Of a stretch of DNA of 64,000 nucleotides, positions 26,617-35,936 are shown piece by piece (position 1 is the stretch's first letter; every line of letters starts with the position of its first letter). The stretch is from Isosphaerales bacterium (GTDB taxonomy: Bacteria; Planctomycetota; Planctomycetia; Isosphaerales; Isosphaeraceae): NCBI GenBank assembly GCA_044450785.1, contig JBIOJM010000008.1, positions 979-64,978 of the forward strand. The letters run 5' to 3'. Below the pieces are notes generated by a model. The model did no database searches. It saw nothing but the letters and a program-made list of their open reading frames with translations, and had not been told where the DNA came from. A program made the translations under genes and the position numbers.

Positions 26617-28284
26617 ATGCCGAAGACCATCGATCGACTGGTCGTCCTGGGCCTCGATGGGGCGACCTGGAACGTGTTGGACCCGATGCGCCAGCGGGGG
26701 TTGATGCCCAACCTCGATGCGTTTCTCGCCCGCGCCGCGGCCGGAACGCTTCGTTCGATCATACCACCGGTCACCACGGCGGCGTGGACGACGATGATGA
26801 CCGGGTGCGAGCCCGCGCGTCACGGGGTCTTCGACCACCGCTACTACGATGCGGCCGAAGGGCGGATGAAGGTCAACCACTCCGGCCGGATCCGCGTCCC
26901 GACCATCTGGCACTTGCTCTCCGCGACCGGCCGGTCGGTCGTCTCCCTCAACCTGCCGGGCTTGTATCCCCCGCCGCAAGTGCGGGGAATCGTCGTTTCG
27001 GGCATGGATGCGCCCCATCTCGAAGCCGCCCTCTCGACAGCACCCGAGTTCGGTGCCCGGCTCAAGGCCGAGGCGCCCGGCTATGGCCTCGGCTATTACT
27101 GGAAACGTGCGCCGCAATCCCTCGACGAGCTGACCACCAATGCCCGCCTGACCGCCGAGAGTTTCCACGGCCGCGCCCAGGGGGGATGGCTCGCCGACCG
27201 CATCGTCCCCGACTGGTCGGTGCTGATGGTCCAGTTCCAGAACCTCGACCCGTTCCAGCACCGTGTCTGGCCCTATCTGAACGTCGATGAGACCGGAGTC
27301 GACCGTCCCGACTGGAACAACGCGGCGGCCCAGGTGATCCGCGGTCTGGATGAAGCGATCGGGCGGCTCTGCGAGCTGGCGGAGAAACGCAAGGCCGCGG
27401 TGATGTTGGTCAGCGACCACGGCTTCGGCCCTTGCCTCGGTCGCATCCACGTCAATCGGATCCTGGTCCAGGCCGGGGTCGCGCGGCTGCCGGGTTGGGC
27501 CGGCCTGATCGGACGCCGGACCCACCAGGCAAGCGACCACCTCCGCCTCTGGGGACAGAAACGCGACAACCCGGCCGCCCGCTCGGCCTCGTTCGACCAG
27601 TCGGTCACCGCCCAGTATCCATTCGACTGGAAGCGGACGCTGGCCTTCGCGCCCCACCAGGACACCGCCGCGATGGTCTACGTCAACTGTGCCGCGCGGC
27701 ACCGCGGAGTCAAAACCGCCGCACCGCGGATGACGCCCCGGCAAATCGACGAGGCCCGATCCGCCGCCGCCCTCGCGCTGGCCGACGCCAAACACCCCGA
27801 AACCGGCTCCCTGCTCTTTCCCCAGATCATCGCAACCGCCGAAACCTATCGCATCGATCCCACGCGCGAGGGATATCCCGACCTGATCGCGCTGCCGGAT
27901 GAGCCCTACTGGGTCCGCACGAAACTGAGCTCCGGCACCTCGTGGGTCGAGCCCGATGCCAACCTCCCCGGTACCCATCGGCCCGAGGGAATCGTCGCCC
28001 TGGCCGGCCTCGGTATGTCCACCGGCCGCAACCTCAAGGCCCATCTGAGCGACGTCACACCCACGATCCTCGCCCTCCTGGGACTTCCCATCCCCGCCCA
28101 TATCGAGGGCAAACCGATCGTCGGCTCGACGTCGCCCGCCGAGTCAACGCCTAACTTCACACCAGTTCGCCGAGACCCCGCGGAGGAGCTTCTCGAAGGA
28201 CCTCACCACAAACCGTTCGAGTATACTGCCCGCGAGCAACAGATCATCGAGCAGCGCCTTGCCGATCTGGGATACCTGGAGTGA
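26617..28284 (+). CDS. alkaline-phosphatase-superfamily protein (type I phosphodiesterase/nucleotide pyrophosphatase-like)
   Basis: VVLGLDGATWNVLDPM...IIPPVTTAAWTTMMTGCEPARHGVFDH...VSDHGFG...PGTHRPEG. Confidence 0.75.
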   Translation: MPKTIDRLVVLGLDGATWNVLDPMRQRGLMPNLDAFLARAAAGTLRSIIPPVTTAAWTTMMTGCEPARHGVFDHRYYDAAEGRMKVNHSGRIRVPTIWHLLSATGRSVVSLNLPGLYPPPQVRGIVVSGMDAPHLEAALSTAPEFGARLKAEAPGYGLGYYWKRAPQSLDELTTNARLTAESFHGRAQGGWLADRIVPDWSVLMVQFQNLDPFQHRVWPYLNVDETGVDRPDWNNAAAQVIRGLDEAIGRLCELAEKRKAAVMLVSDHGFGPCLGRIHVNRILVQAGVARLPGWAGLIGRRTHQASDHLRLWGQKRDNPAARSASFDQSVTAQYPFDWKRTLAFAPHQDTAAMVYVNCAARHRGVKTAAPRMTPRQIDEARSAAALALADAKHPETGSLLFPQIIATAETYRIDPTREGYPDLIALPDEPYWVRTKLSSGTSWVEPDANLPGTHRPEGIVALAGLGMSTGRNLKAHLSDVTPTILALLGLPIPAHIEGKPIVGSTSPAESTPNFTPVRRDPAEELLEGPHHKPFEYTAREQQIIEQRLADLGYLE

Positions 28285-28289
28285 TCGAG

Positions 28290-28790
28290 TCAAATCAAAT
28301 CCAATCGCCGCCGCGGTGTATGAGACCGGCTGCACGCCGAGCAAACGCCGGTGATCAAGAAACGGTGGCCGGTGGGACGGAACCCGTGCGCTAGGCTCAC
28401 CGAGTCCCGCACCTTGAGGATCTCGTCGTTGCGGAACTCGACGATCCGGTTGCACGTTGAGCAGTGCAGGTGATCGTGGGCAGGGTAGCCGTAGTCGTGC
28501 TCGAACGCGCTTCGATTGGTCAGACGAAGCTCACGGAGCAGCCCGGAATCGACCAGCAGCCGCAACGTGCGATAAACGGTCGACCGGCTGACCTGATGAC
28601 CCGCATCGTGCAGGTCGCGAAACAACTCGTCGGCATCGAAGTGTTTGTGCGTATTGAAAATATGACGGACGAGCACCCGACGGGGCTGGGTCAGCTTCTC
28701 GCCGCGGATCTCCAGGTATTCTCGGAATTTCTCGACCGGCGACTCCGAAACCGCCACGGGAGTCAGTTGATCGCGCTGAGCTTCCACCAC
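28290..28790 (-). CDS. Fur-family metal-responsive transcriptional regulator
   Basis: KLTQPRRVLVRHIF...HFDADELF...VSRSTVYRTLRLLVDSGLL...HDHLHCSTCNRIVEF...GVCSACS. Confidence 0.85.
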   Translation of the reverse strand: MVEAQRDQLTPVAVSESPVEKFREYLEIRGEKLTQPRRVLVRHIFNTHKHFDADELFRDLHDAGHQVSRSTVYRTLRLLVDSGLLRELRLTNRSAFEHDYGYPAHDHLHCSTCNRIVEFRNDEILKVRDSVSLAHGFRPTGHRFLITGVCSACSRSHTPRRRLDLI

Positions 28791-28852
28791 GTTTCCGATC
28801 CTCGGACCGGCTCACGGTCCCGCCGTAACGGCTCTCGACCCAAGTCACAAAT

Positions 28853-28873
28853 CAATAATGATTCTTCATTGTA
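28853..28873. promoter_or_regulatory. Fur-box-like sequence upstream of the Fur-family gene
   Basis: TCAATAATGATTCTTCATTGT resembles GATAATGATAATCATTATC, with a 1-nt insertion. It lies ~65 nt upstream of the start at 28790. Confidence 0.4.
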
Positions 28874-28914
28874 GCCTCGGCGGGACCGGTCTTCCAGTCG
28901 GGCCAGGAACGGCC

Positions 28915-29787
28915 TCAGTGCGACGAGTCGACGGGCGTCAGCGGGATGACCGGGCCTGCCGGGGCGGTGCCGCCCGCATTGACGGGCGGAGAGCCCAGCG
29001 GTGCGGGCGCAGTCGAAGTCCCCGCACCCGAGTTATTCATGGCCGGCCCGCGGCTGAGCTTCGCCTGAAGATTCTCCAGGACCGTGTGCAGGTGGCGGAT
29101 CGCATGGTCACAACCTTGAGTATTGCCGGAATACGAGAACGAGTGCGCCGACAGCCGGCCGAATCGGCGCTCATACACCACGATGTGCACATACTCGATG
29201 AAGTCGGTCGCGGGCGCCCCACAATGGCCCCGGATCCGCAACAGATCACCCGATTGCACGGAATCCACGATCGGCTTGAGATCAGCAGGGCGAAGATGGT
29301 GTACTCCCTCGGAATCAATGACGGTCCCGTCGGCAAAGACCTGCAGAAACATCCCGAACTGGCTGCCGTCGTTGGAGCGGCCCAGGGCAAGTCGCGTGAC
29401 CAACGGATCGGCGGTCGTGACTGCGGGACTGACGCGGGGCTTGGGCGACAACCGCTGCCCCGGTAGAGCGGCAGCCGACGGCGGCGTGGTCACGGCGGTT
29501 TGAGGTAATCCGCCAGACGCCGGCAGCCCAGCGGGCGCCGGAGGAAACACGGGCGCTGGCTGGGCGGAATTCGCGGTCGAACCGGAATTACGGCCGTAGG
29601 AAAGGGGGGCGTCCTGGTTCGGCGGGGTCGAATTCGTGCTCGAGGCGGACGAACCGCCGCCGAGGCGGAAAAGGCGCCCCAAGAGCCCCGAATCATCCGC
29701 CCGGGCGGGCCCCATGCCCAGCGTCAGGAGCAGGGCACTCGGCGCAAACAGTGATTTCCTGAGAACTTGAGACAATCGCGGATGCAT
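28915..29787 (-). CDS. secreted hypothetical protein (signal peptide, Pro/Ser-rich linker)
   Basis: MHPRLSQVLRKSLFAPSALLLTLGMGPARADD is a signal peptide. The globular C-terminal half has no recognised domain. Confidence 0.65.
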   Translation of the reverse strand: MHPRLSQVLRKSLFAPSALLLTLGMGPARADDSGLLGRLFRLGGGSSASSTNSTPPNQDAPLSYGRNSGSTANSAQPAPVFPPAPAGLPASGGLPQTAVTTPPSAAALPGQRLSPKPRVSPAVTTADPLVTRLALGRSNDGSQFGMFLQVFADGTVIDSEGVHHLRPADLKPIVDSVQSGDLLRIRGHCGAPATDFIEYVHIVVYERRFGRLSAHSFSYSGNTQGCDHAIRHLHTVLENLQAKLSRGPAMNNSGAGTSTAPAPLGSPPVNAGGTAPAGPVIPLTPVDSSH

Positions 29788-29866
29788 CGCCGACCTCCTT
29801 GCCGGTTCGCATTCCCATTGGATCCGACCCGTGCCGAGCACACCGCCGTGCCCGAGACGTCCTTCT

Positions 29867-31447
29867 TCAGAACGCGACGACGCGGTAAGCCTCCTCGACC
29901 GTCGTCGTGCCTTCCAAGACTTTATCGACCGCGCTGTGCTTCAAGGTTCGCATTCCCAGGTCGACAGCGACCCGGCGCAGGACGTCCCGCGGAATCTGCT
30001 GGAAGACCAGGTCACGCAGCTCTTCGCCGATGACCATGATCTCGAAGATCCCCGTCCGCCCCAGGTAACCGGTCTGGAAGCACGCCGGGCAGCCCAGCCC
30101 ACGCTGAAGCCGCAGATCGTGGTGCAGGTCGAGATCTAGCTCCAGCGCCGTCAGCATCTTTTCGTCCGCCGTGTAGGTAACCCGGCAGTATGGGCAGATC
30201 TTGCGGATCAAGCGTTGCGAAACGATGGCCAGCAAGCTGCTCGAAAGCTGATAGCCGGGGATCCCGAAGTTGTAGAGGTTGGTGATCGTGCCGGGTGCAT
30301 CCGAACCGTGTAGAGTGCTGAAAACCAAGACGCCGCTCAACGCCGCGCGGATGCCGATCCGCGCGGTCTCATCGTCGCGGATCTCGCCGATCATGAGGAC
30401 GTCGGGATCCTGGCGAAGCATCGCCCGTAACCCTTCGCTGAAGCTCATCTCGCTCTGACTACTGATCTGAGTTTGGTTGACGCCGGGGATGCGGTGCTCG
30501 ACGGGGTCTTCAATCGTCATCACGTTTTTCAGGGGCGAGTTGATCCGCTCCAGGCAGTTGTAGAGTGTCGAGGTCTTGCCGGCCCCGACTGGCCCGGCGA
30601 CCAGGATGGACCCAAACGGCTGCGCGATCAACCGGTCGAGCGTCTCGGCCTGCTCGTTGGTCATGCCCAGATGGGAAAACCCGGCGATGTCGGTCAGCAC
30701 CTCGTGGATCCGGATGACGATCTTTTCGCCGAAGATCGTGGGGAAGGTCGCCAGCCGCAGGTCGCGGGGCCGGTTGTGATGCTGGATGGTGATGCGGCCG
30801 TCCTGTGAGTGCCGGCGCTCGACGATGTTCAGATTGGACACGACCTTGAGCCGGCTGATGACCGGCACGGCCATCGCCGGCTCGACGAACAGGATATCCT
30901 GGAGCTGGCCGTCGATGCGGTACCGGACCCGCAAGCCGTTCTCCTGCGGATCGAAATGAATGTCAGTGGCTTCACAATCGCAGGCGCGTTCCAGGATCAG
31001 GTTGACCAGCTCCGACAAAGTGCCGGTCACCGCCTTTTCCTGGAGGTCTTTCCGCACATCGCGGTGATGCTGGGTGCGATTCGGCGATAGGAGTGTCGGG
31101 GAGAGCACCATGCCGCCTCCGGCTTCCGCCGCCTTCTGTCCTCCATTGTCCGAAGCCAGTTCACTGAGCCGCTCGAATGCCAGTTGGTTCAGCAACTCCG
31201 GCGAGATCAGATTGAGCTCCAGGATCGACTGGCGCAGGTCGCGGTTGCGCTCTTCGCTGTAGAGCTTCGCGTCCCGAACCTGCTCCTTGGTCAACAGGCC
31301 CCTCTTGAGAAAAACCGAGATCAAGGCGTTCTCGACCGGAGTGAGCCCGGGGAGCACGGTCTCACCGAGGGGAGATCCGCCAGCTCCTCGATCGACCGCG
31401 ACTGTCCCTCCCGCGGGAGGAATGGATGAGGGCTGCGAAGGATCCAC
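29867..31447 (-). CDS. GspE/PilB-family secretion ATPase (type II secretion / type IV pilus assembly)
   Basis: Walker A GPVGAGKTSTLY. Also IEDPVE, MLRQDPDVLMIGEIRD and a CPYC...CPAC tetracysteine motif. The N-terminal domain is T2SSE_N-like. Confidence 0.85.
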   Translation of the reverse strand: MDPSQPSSIPPAGGTVAVDRGAGGSPLGETVLPGLTPVENALISVFLKRGLLTKEQVRDAKLYSEERNRDLRQSILELNLISPELLNQLAFERLSELASDNGGQKAAEAGGGMVLSPTLLSPNRTQHHRDVRKDLQEKAVTGTLSELVNLILERACDCEATDIHFDPQENGLRVRYRIDGQLQDILFVEPAMAVPVISRLKVVSNLNIVERRHSQDGRITIQHHNRPRDLRLATFPTIFGEKIVIRIHEVLTDIAGFSHLGMTNEQAETLDRLIAQPFGSILVAGPVGAGKTSTLYNCLERINSPLKNVMTIEDPVEHRIPGVNQTQISSQSEMSFSEGLRAMLRQDPDVLMIGEIRDDETARIGIRAALSGVLVFSTLHGSDAPGTITNLYNFGIPGYQLSSSLLAIVSQRLIRKICPYCRVTYTADEKMLTALELDLDLHHDLRLQRGLGCPACFQTGYLGRTGIFEIMVIGEELRDLVFQQIPRDVLRRVAVDLGMRTLKHSAVDKVLEGTTTVEEAYRVVAF

Positions 31448-31754
31448 GACGGAGACCTCCTCGGCGTGCGGTTCGTCGACTGGCTTCCCAAAAGGAAACC
31501 CGGTCCAAAGTCCCAGGTGCTAACTTCAAGCGGCGTTTGTTACAAGACGGGCAGCACTCGATTGATGGAGTGCTTCGCGTATTGTTCCCCAAATCTCACC
31601 GCATTGCCAAGAAAATTCCGGCTCACCCAACTTTTTTCCCTTTTTCGCCCCCAAAAAGCCAAATGGCCGACGTCGGGTCTCCCAGGTTCGGGTGCCCCAC
31701 GCCGGCCAGCTCTGTCTCAGCACGATCGTCGATCAACTCCCAGTGAGCAACGAT

Positions 31755-32051
31755 TTACCAGCCCAAGAGCTCCCCGAGCATTCGGTCAAACGCCAGCTCC
31801 AGCTTCTCCGATGTATCATACGTATCTGCGGCGATCTGCCGGCGAATCTCCTCGACTTTCTCGTGCCGAATCTCCGGCAACTGGCCGATCCCGTCGAGCA
31901 TCTGACCCAGCGGTGAGATCTCGACATGGTCGCGCGGTGTACCGGCATGTACTGCTTGACCGCCATCCAGATTGAACGCGGCCAATCGCGGGTAAATGGG
32001 TTGAGGGCCTTGAGTTCCCCCAGCGCCGAAAATTTCCATTGCGCCCCCCAA
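31755..32051 (-). CDS. flgM: FlgM-like anti-sigma-28 factor
   Basis: DHVEISPLGQMLDGIGQLPEIRHEKVEEIRRQIAADTYDTSEKLELAFDRML matches the FlgM C-terminal pattern. Confidence 0.55.
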   Translation of the reverse strand: MGGAMEIFGAGGTQGPQPIYPRLAAFNLDGGQAVHAGTPRDHVEISPLGQMLDGIGQLPEIRHEKVEEIRRQIAADTYDTSEKLELAFDRMLGELLGW

Positions 32052-32286
32052 TCAGGTGCTTTGGCCGACGGCTCCACCATCGGCAGAACCAAGAGTTGTC
32101 AGACTCGATACCCACGGAGGCCACGCGAAGAGGGAGCTAACTGATGTTCAGTCAGATCTCCTCGCTCCGGTCTCCGTCCACGTCATGACGCCCTGCTCGG
32201 GCATCTCCACCTAACATATCGACCGGAAACTGGAGCGAGTTTAATCAAAGACCGGAACGTGAGGTTCCCCGGATTTCGACGATCCA

Positions 32287-33582
32287 TCACCGAGTCACTC
32301 GATCCCTGCCGTTGGTCGCCGGCCGCTTGAGCGCCTCAGCCAGCCGCGCTGAGGTCTCGTTCAGTTGGCCGGTCAACATCCGGGCGTTTTGCTGGAGCTG
32401 GAGGATTTCCGCCTGCTGCTCCGGCGTCGCGGGCCGCGCTGACAACGTTTCCAGAGTCTTGAGGGCATCATGCAACTCCTGGGCCCCCTTGGTGAAAACC
32501 AGGGCTGTGTCGAAAGCCACCTGGACTCGCAGGTCCTCGTGCGACGGCTTGTAGAAGGGACTCAAGACAAACGGATTCGTGAAAATCTTTTGCACGAGCT
32601 TGTTTCCCCAGTCCGTCGCGTCGCGGACATTCGTGACGGAACGCTCGATCTCAGCGCGGTTGCGTGCAATCATACTCGACAACTGGCCGGAAATCTGATC
32701 GGCCTGGTAGAGCACCCGGTCGGCGCGGGCTCGCGATCCCTCCAAGCCGTCAAGCATGTGTTCCAGCCGGGGAACATCCCTGGTCAGGATCGGGTTGATC
32801 GTCGAGGTGAAGTCGCGCACCGAGGCCGCCGTCTGCCGCACATTCTCCCGATTGTCAACCAGGTATCCCTCGAGCTCCCTGGTCACGCCTTCGGTCTGGA
32901 CGATGATCTTCTCGAAGCGAGGCGAGTTCGTATTCAAACGCCGGGTCAGGTCCTCCACCTGGCCGAGCGTCGATTCGATCGTCGGTCGGATCGAGTCGCT
33001 CATGTCCTTCAGGTTGGTCGTGGTCTCCTGGAGCGAGCCGAGCATCTGCTGAAGCCGCGGCCCGATCGAATCCACCGTCTGGCGCACCTGGGCGATCGTA
33101 TGGCTCAGGTGGTTTCGCTCGACCGGGCCCAGGCCCACCTGCTCGATGATCGGGTCGAAAAAAGAAGTCTCCACCCCCTCGATCGCCGACTGCCCTTCCA
33201 CCAGCGCCACGGTCGATTTCCCCGTCGAGAGGATGTTGACGTGGCTCATGCCGGTCAGCGCGGGTTGGATCGAAATCTTCACGTCCTGGCGCAGCTTCTT
33301 GACCAGATCGGCCGGGAGCGACACCCGCACCCGCGCGCGCAGCATCCCTTTGACTTCCACGAGATCCACATCGACCACGTTCCCGGTGTCCAGACCGGCA
33401 ACCCGCACCGGGCTGCCGATGCGGATGCCCTGAGCGTCTCGGAACACCACGTCGACGGTCCGATGCGGCGCCAGGAAGCCGGGCCCATCGCTCGCCATGC
33501 TGACCAGACCGATCAGCCCGGCCAGGGCCACGATCACGATCAACCCGACCCAAACTTCGCGTGCTGAAGACCGAGTGCTCAT
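32287..33582 (-). CDS. MCE/MlaD-family protein
   Basis: N-terminal TM segment followed by VDVVFRDAQGIRIGSPVRVAGLDTGNVVDVDL (MlaD domain). The C-terminus is long and helical. Confidence 0.8.
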   Translation of the reverse strand: MSTRSSAREVWVGLIVIVALAGLIGLVSMASDGPGFLAPHRTVDVVFRDAQGIRIGSPVRVAGLDTGNVVDVDLVEVKGMLRARVRVSLPADLVKKLRQDVKISIQPALTGMSHVNILSTGKSTVALVEGQSAIEGVETSFFDPIIEQVGLGPVERNHLSHTIAQVRQTVDSIGPRLQQMLGSLQETTTNLKDMSDSIRPTIESTLGQVEDLTRRLNTNSPRFEKIIVQTEGVTRELEGYLVDNRENVRQTAASVRDFTSTINPILTRDVPRLEHMLDGLEGSRARADRVLYQADQISGQLSSMIARNRAEIERSVTNVRDATDWGNKLVQKIFTNPFVLSPFYKPSHEDLRVQVAFDTALVFTKGAQELHDALKTLETLSARPATPEQQAEILQLQQNARMLTGQLNETSARLAEALKRPATNGRDRVTR

Positions 33583-33630
33583 CTTGGCTCCCTCCCCGGG
33601 ACGGTCTCCTTCGAGGCCGTCGCCGTTTGC

Positions 33631-34701
33631 TCACGGGCCCGGCGGCGCCAGCAACGTCGGGCCATAAAAGGGGACCGCGTGGTACACCAGCATGAACCAG
33701 CTCGAATTCAGGATCAGAATCGCCACGCACGACAGACAGACCGCTCGGAAAACCGGCGTCGCCCACGGCGGCGCCAACCCGTGGGCCGGGTGCGAGGCAC
33801 TGAAGCCGGCTCCGGCGGGCTCATCCTCGAGGGCGCCCGGCCCCAGGCCCTCGTAGCAGCAAATCGCGGCCGGCAAGACACCGAACAAGAGCCCCTTGAC
33901 GATCAAGCCCATGACGTCGCGAAACCACATCATCTTCGTCATCATCATGAAGAACATCTCGGTCGAGATACCCATCATCGTCTGCGACGCCTGCCAGCCG
34001 ACCACCGTGCCGACCGCGATCCCCCATTGTGAGAGTAACAGGCAGGCGACCCCGGCGGCGGCGATCCGCGGGGCGGCCAATCGGGCCGGCGCGATCGCGA
34101 TCGACGCGCCCCCCACCTCGCTGTGCGTCTCCACGGGGTGGTGTCGCGCGTTCGTGCTCGATCCGTCCGGCGGACGACCGCCGGCCGACAGCCGGCGCGC
34201 CAGGATGCGTAGCTCCGGAATCATCCGCGCGGCCAGGATCCCCGCGAAGGTCATCCCCGTCATCAGCCCACCCAGGTTTCGCAGCAAACCCACGCCGACG
34301 ACCGCGCCGGTGCCCTCGATGAACGTGCTGCCGTAATAAGCCTGAAGGGACAGGAACGAGCCCATGGCGATGTGGACCAACCCCACCAGCGGAACACCCA
34401 TGACGAGCATCCAGAAAAGCTGGTGCATCACTGTCTTCATGAAGCCGGGCGCGGCAGCCGCCTCTTCACGGCTCAGTCGCGGCCGGAGAACCGAGCCGGC
34501 CGCACCGAGCGCCAGGAGCGTCACACCCCCAAAATAACCGAGGATCGCCAGCACGGACCGTCCAACCCAACCCACGGGCCCCAGTAGAGTCCGAGACGGT
34601 AAGCCGGTCGACGTCGAGTGCATGACGGGCGTCCCTCCGCGTGGCGCGGGCATCCAGGACCGCGACGTATTCACCAAAAGCTGGAAACGGGGGCTCCGCA
34701 A
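33631..34701 (-). CDS. MlaE-like ABC transporter permease (divergent; start uncertain)
   Basis: Multi-TM protein immediately upstream of the MCE gene. The VGLLRNLGGLMTGMTFAGILAARMIPEL region aligns loosely to the MlaE core. Confidence 0.55.
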   Translation of the reverse strand: MRSPRFQLLVNTSRSWMPAPRGGTPVMHSTSTGLPSRTLLGPVGWVGRSVLAILGYFGGVTLLALGAAGSVLRPRLSREEAAAAPGFMKTVMHQLFWMLVMGVPLVGLVHIAMGSFLSLQAYYGSTFIEGTGAVVGVGLLRNLGGLMTGMTFAGILAARMIPELRILARRLSAGGRPPDGSSTNARHHPVETHSEVGGASIAIAPARLAAPRIAAAGVACLLLSQWGIAVGTVVGWQASQTMMGISTEMFFMMMTKMMWFRDVMGLIVKGLLFGVLPAAICCYEGLGPGALEDEPAGAGFSASHPAHGLAPPWATPVFRAVCLSCVAILILNSSWFMLVYHAVPFYGPTLLAPPGP

Positions 34702-34750
34702 ATCACCAACAAAAACTGGTCGCGGGCCGATGCCCGTGCCTCACCGCTCG

Positions 34751-35419
34751 TCATGGATTCGGCGTCGGTTTGATGCCGGCCGGCAAGGTCTTCAAGGGCA
34801 AGTCGGCGGGCGTGTTCGACTGGCCCGTTGCGATCGCTAGGGCGCCGGCGGCGGCACTTCCCCTCCCCTGCCCCAGCCAGGCCCGCCACCGATCGATTGC
34901 CGCGGACCGTTCTTCAGAACTGGCCCAAGGCACATAGCCGAAGTCCTGACCGGTCCGCCGGCGCAGCTCCTCGTGGGCGGCCAGCCGGACGACCGGGTCG
35001 GCGTCACCCAGACGTCCGACCAAGGCCGGAACGACCAGTGAGTCCGGTTGACGGCGCCCCAGCCCGACCGCCCTGGCCCGCACCAACGGGGCCGGGTGCT
35101 CGATCTTGCCAAAGCGGCGCGGGCCGTGAGCGCACCCCCAAGATGGAGCCACCGCCGCCGCCAACGCCACCCTCCCGATCCATCGCCCGATCCGCACGAC
35201 GCCCTTCCCTGGTTCGCCGGGTCGTTGAATTGACTCCCCGCGCGCGATCCGCGCGGACTCGTCTCGTCCCGAGTCGCGGCGAACTTTAGTCAAACTTGGC
35301 AAACCCGACAATCCCAGTCTGTAACCATCCAGTCCCCTAACGGCATCGATCGTGTCCTTGTTAAGCTGGCGAACAGAGGCCAACCAGTGGATACCCAGTT
35401 TCTCGTGAACCGCCGTCAT
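34751..35419 (-). CDS. HEAT-repeat (lipo)protein; likely shorter (GTG 35197)
   Basis: VPALVGRLGDADPVVRLAAHEELRRRTGQDFGY is a HEAT-like repeat. AGGGAAGGG lies upstream of GTG 35197, which gives (M)RIGRWIGRVALAAAVAPSWGC as a signal. Confidence 0.5.
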   Translation of the reverse strand: MTAVHEKLGIHWLASVRQLNKDTIDAVRGLDGYRLGLSGLPSLTKVRRDSGRDESARIARGESIQRPGEPGKGVVRIGRWIGRVALAAAVAPSWGCAHGPRRFGKIEHPAPLVRARAVGLGRRQPDSLVVPALVGRLGDADPVVRLAAHEELRRRTGQDFGYVPWASSEERSAAIDRWRAWLGQGRGSAAAGALAIATGQSNTPADLPLKTLPAGIKPTPNP

Positions 35420-35439
35420 CCGAATCGGCCGTTTGCCTA

Positions 35440-35681
35440 CCCCGAGCCGATGTTGCTCGGCAACGCATTGAGTGAATTCCGCCCCGCGACGCGAGCGCGC
35501 GGCAGAGAAAATCGGAACCAGGTCTGACCGCCGAGGCCCGAGACGAGCCTGAGTTGAGTTCCTGATTGACCCTGATGCGAACCTTTGCTCTGATCAATGC
35601 ATGGGGGACGATGACCTCATCTCCGCCCTGCGCTTCCAGGAGAAGGGCGGCAAGTCGCGGGAAATCCCGGTGCGGCTCGAA
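35440..35681 (+). pseudogene. fragment of a tyrosine recombinase catalytic domain
   Basis: 35553-35681 reads VEFLIDPDANLCSDQCMGDDDLISALRFQEKGGKSREIPVRLE (the ...EKGGK.R.iPv hairpin motif). A possible upstream piece, PMLLGNALSEFRP, lies in another frame. The fragment ends exactly at the tandem repeat. Confidence 0.45.
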
Positions 35682-35936
35682 CACCGGTGGCTAGCGCCAC
35701 TCCGCTCATTTTCCACGGTCCATTCGGTCCTGGGACGCTCCTGTGAGCGGCACGGCGCTAGCCGCCGGTGAACCCGTCGATCGTCGATCGCCAAACACCG
35801 GTGGCTAGCGCCACTCCGCTCATGTTTCACGGTCCATTCGGTCCTGGGACGCTCCTGTGAGCGGCACGGCGCTAGCCGCCGGTGAACCCGTCGATCGTCG
35901 ATCGCCAAACACCGGTGGCTAGCGCCACTCCGCTCA
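35681..35936. repeat. 2.25 copies of a 114-bp tandem repeat, each unit a long hairpin
   Basis: Units start at 35681, 35795 and 35909. The 27-nt arms are CACCGGTGGCTAGCGCCACTCCGCTCA and TGAGCGGCACGGCGCTAGCCGCCGGTG (17 bp + 3-nt bulge + 7 bp), with a 35-nt loop and a spacer containing GTCGATCGTCGATC. Confidence 0.9.

Noticed and set aside
23516-28101. Minus-strand ORFs 23516..24676 (386 aa), 24912..25763 (283 aa) and 26425..28101 (558 aa).
   Set aside because: They are shadows of the mqnE, Uma2 and phosphodiesterase-family genes on the plus strand.
31448-31754. Sigma-54 or other defined promoter / ncRNA in the 307-nt spacer upstream of the GspE-like gene.
   Set aside because: CTTGGCAATGCGG superficially resembles a -24 element, but there is no properly spaced TTGC(A/T) -12 element. 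I could not support any call.
32470-33766. ORFs 32470..33567(+) and 32855..33766(-) overlapping the MCE gene.
   Set aside because: Only 32287..33582(-) has the TM + MlaD domain signature. The others are compositional artefacts.
35197-35419. N-terminal 74 codons of ORF 34751..35419, considered as part of the HEAT-repeat protein or as a separate integrase-related fragment on the opposite strand.
   Set aside because: Neither reading gave a recognisable motif. It is left as an uncertain 5' extension.
35681-35936. Possible CRISPR array.
   Set aside because: The units are directly abutting 114-bp copies with no unique spacers. The unit length and the long internal hairpin do not fit CRISPR repeats, and no cas genes are nearby.
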